NCBI RefSeq assembly: GCF_000315565.1 | Contig: NZ_JH992901.1 | Location: 5,362,499-5,394,498, forward strand | Source of the DNA: Mastigocladopsis repens PCC 10914 | Lineage (GTDB): Bacteria; Cyanobacteriota; Cyanobacteriia; Cyanobacteriales; Nostocaceae | Length of the DNA: 32,000 nt | Direction of reading: 5' to 3' | Part shown: piece after piece, positions 18,981 to 26,909 of the stretch | Position numbering within the stretch: position 1 is the stretch's first letter | How the letters are laid out: every line of letters starts with the position of its first letter | Made by a program: the position numbers and the translations under genes | The notes under the pieces: generated by a model | What the model saw: only the letters and a program-made list of their open reading frames with translations | The model's database searches: none | Told to the model about the DNA's origin: nothing

Positions 18981-19444
18981 GGATTGCCTAAAAATATTAT
19001 CTTTGGAGTAGAATAGAAATGGTTGACACACAAAATAATAATTTATTAGCTAGTTACTTATCATAATAACTAATTTTACTCTTGCTATTATCTATAACAA
19101 GCATCAAAAGCTATATGTTTCATAAATAAATCTGATTCACATAATCATTTTTTTAGTTCCGAATCCAATAGGGTACTGATGTCATTAATCACATCAGTTA
19201 ATAAAGAATTAGTTCGCATACTATATTTTTTTAGAAGCTTTTAGCTATTGCCTGTGTTATACCAACAAAAGTTGTTTAATTAATTATTTGACAATGATAA
19301 TAAATTTCAAAATTGGCTAGGTGTTTATCTAGGGCGTATATTAAAATAACAAGAAAGTATGTATTTCCGCTAACTTTAAAATAACAGGTCTTGTTCAAAA
19401 GCAAGAATTTATCAACCAACAAAGGTCGCTTGTTAATTTTAAAA

Positions 19445-19890
19445 TTAAGCCAAATCTTGGTCAATGTAATCGAGCAATACTTCTTGAATTGCTTGTTGCA
19501 ACTCATCAAGGTTCACTGATTTGACTAAGTATTGAATTGCCCCCAAGCTGCGAGCGCGTCGCTCGTCTGCTTTAAAAGCAAACGCAGAAACGGCAATCAC
19601 AGGGATGTGCCGCCAGTTTGACTGTTGCTTTTGTTCAAGTAGGGTGTAGCCATCGATGTCTGGTAACTTCAAATCCAGCAAAATCAGATGCGGGTGGAAG
19701 TCAGCTAAAGCCTGAAAAAACCAGAGCCATTAGCTAAATCGAGAACCTGGTATCCACAATAAATGAGATAATCGTCAAACATTAGCCGATTCGTATAGCT
19801 ATCCTCAACCAGCAATATTCGCGCTGCAGCAACCGATATTTTTATGCTTTTCCTCTTGTCAGCTATTGGACTTTCTTGAACATTAAGCAT
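19445..19890 (-). pseudogene. CheY-like response regulator split by a 1-nt frameshift in a homopolymer
   Basis: Two adjacent ORFs cover the gene: 19705..19890 (..ARILLVEDSYTNRLMFDDYL..LANGSGFF) and 19445..19681 (LDLKLPDIDGYTLL..IPVIAVSAF..). One extra A in the A6 run at 19715..19720 would read GSGFFQALADFHPHLILLDLKLPDIDG continuously. Confidence 0.8.
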
Positions 19891-20091
19891 GAGTTGATCA
19901 ACCTTGAGTCGCCTTAAAAGCGTCCTAGCAACTGTTCTTACTTAATGCGTTACTTAAAGTGTGGCTTTTGCCTATCTGCGCTCTGCAAAATTGGGCAGCA
20001 CTGCCATAGCAATGCTGTTTGAGTTGTAATATGTTCGTGGCAATCGTCTTTTTTAGCCTCTGTTATTGATCGCCTTGTCTATACTCGCATT

Positions 20092-20817
20092 GTGAACAAT
20101 TGGGAAGCACAAGATGAGCCGGAGCATTTAAGGACGATCCGCCCATCTGAAGACCCCCCTAGCAAAGGTTTCTATGGTTCCCGTGTTTTTGCCTTCACTG
20201 ATGACTTAGATGTTACCAATCGCTTATTCCACAACCTTTTGGATGCCGAAGGTCGAGACAGTTGGGGTCGTCCCTTACCACGGCGACAGCCATTAGCGGC
20301 TTTGCGATCGCCGCTAATGGTAGAGAAAGGCTGATTGCTGGTCAATCCTGGCTGCTGTGCCAAGAAATCGGTCACGGTTTGCAACTTCCTTTGAATATTG
20401 GGCGCACCAGTTCCCAAGATACCGGAGTTACCCCAAATGCAGACGTGATTGTTGCTACTGCATCCCTGGAAGTGGGATTTAACGATCCAGAAGTTGGAGA
20501 TGTCATCCAGCACAAAGCACCGCGAGATATGGCCTCATTTCTGCAAAGGAAAGGACGGGCGGGACGACGCAGAACCATGCGACCTTGGACGGTGGTGGTG
20601 CTTTCTGATTATGGACGGGACAGAATCGCCTATCAAGGCTATGATATTTTGTTTAACCCAGTTTTAGAAAAGCGATCGCATCTCATGCTAACATCCGCTT
20701 CGACAATGGCCAGGAACTTGATACGACAATTCGCTTCACCCAGAGACAAGATGGTAGTCCAGCAGCTGTGGGATTTACCCAATCTGTTGACGGTCTAGTA
20801 TTTCGCTTTAAAAAAAT
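20092..20817 (+). pseudogene. Remnant of a large SF2 (DEAD/DEAH-type) helicase, with at least 2 frameshifts and its 3' end cut off by the CRISPR array
   Basis: Helicase motifs V-VI are present (VIVATASLEVGFNDPEVGDVIQHKAPRDMASFLQRKGRAGRR). Coding-like sequence lies in three frames: 20092.., 20262.., and 20654..20817 (HANIRFDNGQELDTTIRFTQRQDGSPAAVGFTQSVDGLVFRFKK). The last codon runs into repeat 1. Confidence 0.65.
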
Positions 20818-23278
20818 GTGCTCAACGCCTTACGGCATCACAGGTTTGGGCAGTGATACCTAATGCAAGTGCTTCGTTCTTAGCTTTGTGCTCAACGCCT
20901 TACGGCATCACAGGTTTGGGCAGTGTTTTGACCAAGACTGAATCCGTTGATAACAACTGTGCTCAACGCCTTACGGCATCACAGGTTTGGGCAGTAATCA
21001 AATTAGCTGAAGACGGGTACGTAGTTACGTGCTCAACGCCTTACGGCATCACAGGTTTGGGCAGTCGGCTATTTGTTTCATGGCTTTTTGAAAAGCAACC
21101 GTGCTCAACGCCTTACGGCATCACAGGTTTGGGCAGTCTCTGCTCAAAGGACAGCGATTGCTTACGTAGGCTTTGTGCTCAACGCCTTACGGCATCACAG
21201 GTTTGGGCAGCTCTGTCGTAAAGGTTACGTTGTTGCCAGAAAAATGTGCTCAACGCCTTACGGCATCACAGGTTTGGGCAGAGTTATTTCATCTCCGTGC
21301 TCATCCCAATGAGAAGGTGCTCAACGCCTTACGGCATCACAGGTTTGGGCAGCATAAGCTGTCAAAGCTTGCTGAGCATTAGCAGAGTGCTCAACGCCTT
21401 ACGGCATCACAGGTTTGGGCAGTTATAGTCAATCTTTTCGTTAAGCTGACTAAAAAAGTGCTCAACGCCTTACGGCATCACAGGTTTGGGCAGTCATTAG
21501 CGCCATTGAGGGCAAGCAGGTAATGGTGTGCTCAACGCCTTACGGCATCACAGGTTTGGGCAGGTGAGTTGCTCACCGATGATGCTGATTTTGGATTGGT
21601 GCTCAACGCCTTACGGCATCACAGGTTTGGGCAGTTTGCGACCGAGTTGAGCGCTGGAAGAAAGAAAGAAAGTGCTCAACGCCTTACGGCATCACAGGTT
21701 TGGGCAGCAATTAAATCGTCATAAAGATATTTAAAACCTTGTCGTGCTCAACGCCTTACGGCATCACAGGTTTGGGCAGCAATGCGAGCACCACTGGCGC
21801 GCCGTGCATCGCCAGGTGCTCAACGCCTTACGGCATCACAGGTTTGGGCAGAATTGAATTGGGTGGTGCTTACAAATTGCCCGGAGAGTGCTCAACGCCT
21901 TACGGCATCACAGGTTTGGGCAGAGGGTACAGGAGTTAATGCCTATCTCGTTCCAAATGTGCTCAACGCCTTACGGCATCACAGGTTTGGGCAGAACCTT
22001 AGCGAGTTATCCTTGCTTCCAACTTCTCGTGCTCAACGCCTTACGGCATCACAGGTTTGGGCAGAAGCCGTTAGTGGTTTGCAAAAGCAAAAGGTCTTGT
22101 GCTCAACGCCTTACGGCATCACAGGTTTGGGCAGCATCAATGCTGAGGGCATACCCATTGCTAGATGCCGTGCTCAACGCCTTACGGCATCACAGGTTTG
22201 GGCAGGATTACATTTGAGCGCTGGCAGTCATTCGTCTTTGTGTGCTCAACGCCTTACGGCATCACAGGTTTGGGCAGCTTAAAACAATTATCGCTTAAAG
22301 AGTATTGCTCGTGTGCTCAACGCCTTACGGCATCACAGGTTTGGGCAGAAGTCGGGGAAGTCGTAAGGTTTAAGCTGAAAATTGTGCTCAACGCCTTACG
22401 GCATCACAGGTTTGGGCAGTTGCACACCATGAGAGACTTTCCGTAAAAAGAATGTGCTCAACGCCTTACGGCATCACAGGTTTGGGCAGCTACCAGAAGG
22501 TGAAGCTAAAGGTATGGACGATTAGTGCTCAACGCCTTACGGCATCACAGGTTTGGGCAGATCTGGATCTCCGGGATCGAGTTTTGATGTGTATGTGCTC
22601 AACGCCTTACGGCATCACAGGTTTGGGCAGTTCCGAGCATCTGTCCCCTATTGTCCAAATTTCTAAGTGCTCAACGCCTTACGGCATCACAGGTTTGGGC
22701 AGAATGAACAAGCGTGAAAAGCTGTATCTGATTAACGTGTGCTCAACGCCTTACGGCATCACAGGTTTGGGCAGTTACCAACTTTCCCCCCAGCTTCTGT
22801 TAACACTTCTTGTGCTCAACGCCTTACGGCATCACAGGTTTGGGCAGTCGCAATCGGAACTAGTTGGCTTCGCTGTCCGCCGTTGTGCTCAACGCCTTAC
22901 GGCATCACAGGTTTGGGCAGGTGTACAAATTCGAGTAAGTTCATAATGCTCCTTTGTGCTCAACGCCTTACGGCATCACAGGTTTGGGCAGCGTCTGAAG
23001 CGACAGAGGACAATAGCGCCCAGTACTAGTGCTCAACGCCTTACGGCATCACAGGTTTGGGCAGTCCATTAAAGGATATACTGTTACCTTCTGTTAAGGT
23101 GCTCAACGCCTTACGGCATCACAGGTTTGGGCAGTAACTTCGTTAGTATAAGTAATAAGCAGATAAAAATGTGCTCAACGCCTTACGGCATCACAGGTTT
23201 GGGCAGACTGGTGCAAATTGCCAATCAGTACGGATGCACTATGTGCTCAACGCCTTACGGCATCACAGGTTTGGGCAG
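20818..23278 (-). CRISPR. CRISPR array of 35 identical 36-nt repeats and 34 spacers of 34-38 nt
   Basis: The plus-strand repeat is GTGCTCAACGCCTTACGGCATCACAGGTTTGGGCAG. I checked every copy by eye and all are identical. Repeat plus spacer lengths sum to 2461 nt, which equals the span. Minus-strand transcription is inferred from the cas operon direction, the AT-rich leader on the cas2 side, and the minus-strand reading CTGCCCAAACCTGTGATGCCGTAAGGCGTTGAGCAC. That reading has a GCC-GUAA-GGC hairpin followed by a ..UUGAGCAC tail, the expected position of a type I 8-nt handle. Confidence 0.97.
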
Positions 23279-23549
23279 TCCGCTTGCTGAAACCCATATC
23301 AGATAACCACCCGGCTCTGATATTACAAGCACCTAGCTTTAGAAAGCAACAAAGTAGCTAAATTTTTACCCAAACTTTACCCTAAGGATAGCAGACAATT
23401 TTAAAAACCCTTGAATAGGCTAACTTTCAGGTCATTTAGAGAAAATGCAAGCACTGATCGTTAGTCTAAAAACCTCGAATAGCAAGCCCAATGGGAGTTT
23501 TGTTCTTGTGTTTTTCTGTGTTAAGACTTCACACTCACAGATCCTTGCA
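23279..23549 (-). promoter_or_regulatory. CRISPR leader between cas2 and the first repeat
   Basis: 271-nt AT-rich non-coding stretch. The candidate sigma70-type promoter on the minus strand is TTGCTT (23349..23344), an 18-nt spacer, then TAATAT (23325..23320), about 40 nt upstream of the first repeat. The promoter assignment is weak. Confidence 0.55.
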
Positions 23550-23843
23550 TCAGACAATGCGGTATGCCTCCTCTGGAAATGACCAAGCACCCGGACGGTT
23601 ATAAGCTGGTATACCAGCAACACACTGGTGCGATAGACGAATCAAAAGTAGAGTATCTTCTGGGGCTAATATCTTTTCTAGCTCCCAGCGTAATTTCTCT
23701 CGCGATCGCTGACTTAGCCAAGAGCGAAAAATAGAGTATTGTATTCGTTCGCCATAGCCTTGGAGTAGGTTGTAAGCTTTGCGCCAACGCTTTGAATCGC
23801 GAATATCATAACAAATGAGGTAGCAATTTTTATGTTCTGCCAT
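23550..23843 (-). CDS. cas2: Cas2
   Basis: 97-aa ORF. YLICYDIRDSKRWRKAYNLLQGYGERIQYSIFRSWL is the classic Cas2 N-terminus. It starts 9 nt after the cas4/cas1 stop. Confidence 0.92.
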   Translation of the reverse strand: MAEHKNCYLICYDIRDSKRWRKAYNLLQGYGERIQYSIFRSWLSQRSREKLRWELEKILAPEDTLLLIRLSHQCVAGIPAYNRPGAWSFPEEAYRIV

Positions 23844-23852
23844 TGTCGCACC

Positions 23853-25520
23853 TCATCGCAGCACCAGATGACCAAACAAACCACCCTCACCAGACCATTC
23901 TTTTTCTAACAATCGCACCTCCAACTCAAACAAACGGCGATAGGTAAGGGAATAACTAGTGACTGGATGTTTCCAACTCTCTTGTTTGCGGCGCTCGTAC
24001 AGTTCAACAAACTTGCGCTTACCAGCTTCGCTCAACCAAACCTGCTCTCCACGAACTTCAAAATCTGCCTTGATATCCCATTGGTTGCGATTAACTGAAG
24101 CCATCACTGTCATGTCTACCAAAGGCACTCGAAATATTTCAATCAGATCCAATGCTAGTGGTGCAGCTTGTGAACGCGGCTGATGGTAAAAACCTAATGC
24201 AGGTTCCAGTCCTACTGTCAAGATGGCATTCATTACATCTTTAAGTAGTAAAGCATATCCAAAACTCAACAGCGTATTAAACCTATCTTTGGGTGGATTG
24301 CGGTTTCTCCCAGCAAAATGCATTCCTTCTGGCACTTCTTTAGAAATCAAACAAGGCAGGGCACTAAAATAAAGAGCAGCAAGGTTCCCCTCCAGTCCTA
24401 ATAGGGATTCCAAAGATTTTGCTTGAGGAACTTGTTTGAGGACAACTTTCATTTGGGCGATTGCCGCCTTCAAACTCTCTGGTGTTTCAGCTTTGCCCCT
24501 AGTCCCTCGCATTAAGAACTTCCTCTGTCCCTGAGCGCGACAAACTACCAGTTTACGGGCTAACTCCAGACAGGTATCAGGGTTGCTAAGAGCAGTATAC
24601 TGACGAATACGGCGTTGGATGCTACCCTGGCGGGTATCAAAACTACCGAGGTAACGTCCACCACCAGAAATAAAATGCACCCCAATTCCTTGATCAGCAC
24701 AAAAGTGCAGTGCTTGGGTGGAGATTTGGGAGAAACTGTGCAACACCAGTTGTCCAACCTGACGAGCAGGAATGGTTTCTACAGGTTGATTGCGACGGGC
24801 AATTTTGATTTGTTCTCCTGTTCTGCCGACAGATGTCCCTGGTTCTAAAACATGAATCACTTGCCGTTCGTCGTCTTCAGGAAACAAGCGAATTGGTTGC
24901 CATTCCCGGTCATGGGCAAGTCTCGCTTCTTCAGGCAAGCAGACGGGAGCCAAGGAACAACGGGCGCACAATCGCTCATTATCAATCACTGGTGGTCGGT
25001 GAGTAGATTCTCTGAGAGTGCGTGCTTGCTGAATTGCTTCGCGAACCGCTGAGCGTCCTGCATCATCTAATGGTACATGAACTAAGACATTATCAGCGTG
25101 GTAGCGAATGCGACCTTCTTTGACTGTGATTCCCAAGGCTGATTCTAAGAGATAGGCATAAGCAAGGATTTGTAGCTTGTCGCTCTGCCAAGCAGATGGT
25201 TGCTTGTTCTCGTCTCGGTGAGCGCGACCGCGTTTGTGTTCGTAGGGAATTGTTTGTCCGTCACGGGTGCGGAGGGCATCAAGCCGACCGCGTAATCCTA
25301 GTTCTTCGCTTTCGAGAAAAAGTTCTTCCCACTCTTCGTCTTCTTGTTTTTCGAGTTCGGTGTGCAGTCTGCGTCCGGCAAAGACTGCGGCATCTTGGGT
25401 GTAAAGTTCTTCAACTTCTTCGAGGTAGAAGAGGCGGGGGCAGTAAGCGAGGGCGTGGAGTGCAGATACACGAATGGTTTCTGGTTTTGTAGAAAATTCA
25501 AGATATTTGAGAGTTTGCAT
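23853..25520 (-). CDS. cas4/cas1: Cas4-Cas1 fusion protein
   Basis: 555-aa ORF. The N-terminal roughly 200 aa is a RecB-like Cas4 with a four-Cys cluster (YCPRLFYL ... CARCSLAPVC). The remainder is Cas1 (VIHVLEPGTSVGRTGEQIKI, ISGGGRYLG, ALLLKDV, GFYHQPR, ALDLIEIFR). Confidence 0.92.
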   Translation of the reverse strand: MQTLKYLEFSTKPETIRVSALHALAYCPRLFYLEEVEELYTQDAAVFAGRRLHTELEKQEDEEWEELFLESEELGLRGRLDALRTRDGQTIPYEHKRGRAHRDENKQPSAWQSDKLQILAYAYLLESALGITVKEGRIRYHADNVLVHVPLDDAGRSAVREAIQQARTLRESTHRPPVIDNERLCARCSLAPVCLPEEARLAHDREWQPIRLFPEDDERQVIHVLEPGTSVGRTGEQIKIARRNQPVETIPARQVGQLVLHSFSQISTQALHFCADQGIGVHFISGGGRYLGSFDTRQGSIQRRIRQYTALSNPDTCLELARKLVVCRAQGQRKFLMRGTRGKAETPESLKAAIAQMKVVLKQVPQAKSLESLLGLEGNLAALYFSALPCLISKEVPEGMHFAGRNRNPPKDRFNTLLSFGYALLLKDVMNAILTVGLEPALGFYHQPRSQAAPLALDLIEIFRVPLVDMTVMASVNRNQWDIKADFEVRGEQVWLSEAGKRKFVELYERRKQESWKHPVTSYSLTYRRLFELEVRLLEKEWSGEGGLFGHLVLR

Positions 25521-25539
25521 ATATGTCTGTAAGGTAATT

Positions 25540-25577
25540 GTGTTTTAGCGCCTTACGACATCAGAGGAAATGGAATT
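25540..25577 (-). repeat. Solitary degenerate CRISPR repeat (psi-R) in the Uma2 / cas4-cas1 intergenic spacer
   Basis: Plus-strand gtgttttagcgccttacgacatcagaggaaatggaat aligned to the repeat gtgctcaa-cgccttacggcatcacaggtttgggcag gives 25 of 36 identities with one gap, and 19 of 21 in the hairpin core. The orientation matches the array repeats. Confidence 0.7.
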
Positions 25578-26153
25578 TTAGGGATTTAACCCAGCTTGTT
25601 GAAAGATTGCGTTAGGGGTAATTTCCAATCCTGGTAGCAAATCATCAGTAATGACTTGATCAAATCGATAAGTAATCGGCAAAGATGACGTAAATACAGT
25701 TACAGTTCTAGCTTTTGTATCAACCACCCAAACACAAGGAACACCAGCTTTGAGATAATCAGTCGCTTTTTCGGCAATTTCGCCAAAAGTTTGCCCAGGT
25801 GAGATAATTTCAATTACTAATTCCGGTGCAACAGGGCAAGCTTCATCTAATAGCCAGTCAGCAGGAAGACGGTGATATGAAATATAGGTCAGATCGGGTA
25901 CAGGCATCCAATCTTGTTGATTTCGTGTTAGTTTGATTGCCCATTCAATAACAACTCGACCTTTTGCTTGTGCCCATGCAGACAATAGTATAAATAAAGC
26001 ACCAGTAGTCGAGCCATGAAAAAACTTTGGTGACATTTCATCGTCTTTATATTTTGGGACAGCTTCACCATTAACAAACTCGTATGTAATATCTCCTTCC
26101 GGGAGTGCAAGAAATTCTTCTAGCGTTAGGCGTTGATTAGAAGACTGAACCAT
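25578..26153 (-). CDS. Uma2 family (DUF820) PD-(D/E)xK endonuclease embedded in the cas operon
   Basis: The likely start is the ATG at 26153 (MVQSSNQRLTLEEFLALPEGDITYEFVNGEAVPK); the ORF-track start at 26198 is a TTG. The core reads VPDLTYISY ... APELVIEIISPGQT ... YLKAGVPCVWVVD, matching the cyanobacterial Uma2 pattern. Confidence 0.8.
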   Translation of the reverse strand: MVQSSNQRLTLEEFLALPEGDITYEFVNGEAVPKYKDDEMSPKFFHGSTTGALFILLSAWAQAKGRVVIEWAIKLTRNQQDWMPVPDLTYISYHRLPADWLLDEACPVAPELVIEIISPGQTFGEIAEKATDYLKAGVPCVWVVDTKARTVTVFTSSLPITYRFDQVITDDLLPGLEITPNAIFQQAGLNP

Positions 26154-26201
26154 AGGTTTTATATGGTAAAAGAGGCTTACTTTTAGTTTAAGTGACAACT
26201 G

Positions 26202-26909
26202 CTAAGTTGCTTTAATGACCGTCCAGGCAGACTCAGGAGGATGAGATAACTCAGAAGGTTCAAGTATTATGTATCTCTGCCAATGAGTACCCTTTGAACC
26301 AACATGATCCACCCAATAGGGTAAAGTTAACAACCCGTTTTCATCTTGTACCAGCCATTGCAATGATTGACCTTGGTAGTTTTTGGGCAACAAGGTAACA
26401 TCATTAACCAAATCTCGGCTTTCTCCTAAACAAAGACCGCCAAAACGATTGATGGAAGCAGGATTGGCAAATGCCATCTGTAAGCGTTCTGCTAGCGTTG
26501 GCTGTGAATTATCCTCCCCAGCATCAACCCAAGTAATAAATCTAACATCAGTCAACAGTTCCTGATAATCTGGTCTGGCATTACTAGGATCATGGATATC
26601 TTTCTTCTTAAAACGGCGAAATGTGCGGATAACAGTAGATTTTTGTGGTTGGGAAACCAGAGCGATCGCCCTTTGGGCGGCTCCCTCCGGGAGCATCGCC
26701 TCCGGCGGGCGCGGGAGCGCCATCGCCAAACGAGTTCCACAGTGCTTGTACCTGTCCATCTCACCAACCATTGAAAGTAGCATTCCATAAACTGTGGATG
26801 GTGGAGGGACTGGGTAAGTTTCAGCGTACTCTCTTGCACGAGATTGACGAAAACTAGCTATAGGAACTTCTACGAACATAGCCAATATTTTCTCAGTGGT
26901 TGTCGTCAT
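26202..26909 (-). CDS. cas5: Cas5 (DevS-like)
   Basis: 235-aa ORF. VEVPIASFRQSRAREYAETYPVPPPSTVYGMLLSMVGE is the Cas5 N-terminal signature. An ATGA overlap links it to the cas7 stop. Confidence 0.85.
   Translation of the reverse strand: MTTTTEKILAMFVEVPIASFRQSRAREYAETYPVPPPSTVYGMLLSMVGEMDRYKHCGTRLAMALPRPPEAMLPEGAAQRAIALVSQPQKSTVIRTFRRFKKKDIHDPSNARPDYQELLTDVRFITWVDAGEDNSQPTLAERLQMAFANPASINRFGGLCLGESRDLVNDVTLLPKNYQGQSLQWLVQDENGLLTLPYWVDHVGSKGTHWQRYIILEPSELSHPPESAWTVIKAT
26661..26727. repeat. GC-rich (about three-quarters G+C by my count) in-frame insert within cas5, small dispersed repeat-like
   Basis: The sequence agcgatcgccctttgggcggctccctccgggagcatcgcctccggcgggcgcgggagcgccatcgcc encodes LAMALPRPPEAMLPEGAAQRAIAL. 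It contains the hairpins ctccc-tcc-gggag and cgcc-tccg-gcgg, plus an internal direct repeat read on the minus strand (gcgatg(gcg)ctcccg twice). Confidence 0.55.

Noticed and set aside
19276-19509. 77-aa ORF in the AT-rich spacer
   Set aside because: It is a low-complexity, Lys/Asn/Ile-rich translation of AT-rich DNA and overlaps the 3' end of the receiver gene.
21635-22241. Spacers 12 and 20 share the 11-mer ttgagcgctgg
   Set aside because: With 34 spacers, the expected number of chance 11-mer matches between spacers is of the order of a few tenths, so this is not significant alone. It would only matter if protospacer searches place both spacers in the same target.
20853-23029. About a dozen ORFs of 60-166 aa on the plus strand, with recurring peptides CSTPYGITGLGS, AQRLTASQVWA and LNALRHHRFGQ
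   Set aside because: These are the three reading frames of the CRISPR repeat translated over and over. They are artefacts of the array, not genes.
23959-25532. Several 60-100-aa ORFs, antisense or out of frame, inside cas4/cas1; similar ones occur inside cas3, cas7, cas5, the GH65 gene and the sucrose synthase gene
   Set aside because: All are nested within long, motif-supported genes and lack recognisable domains or ribosome-binding sites.
26124-26136. cgttaggcgttga within the Uma2 coding sequence resembles the reverse complement of the repeat core (cgtaaggcgttga, 12 of 13 identities)
   Set aside because: By rough estimate, about one match of this quality is expected by chance in the window. 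It lies inside coding sequence and in the opposite orientation to the array.
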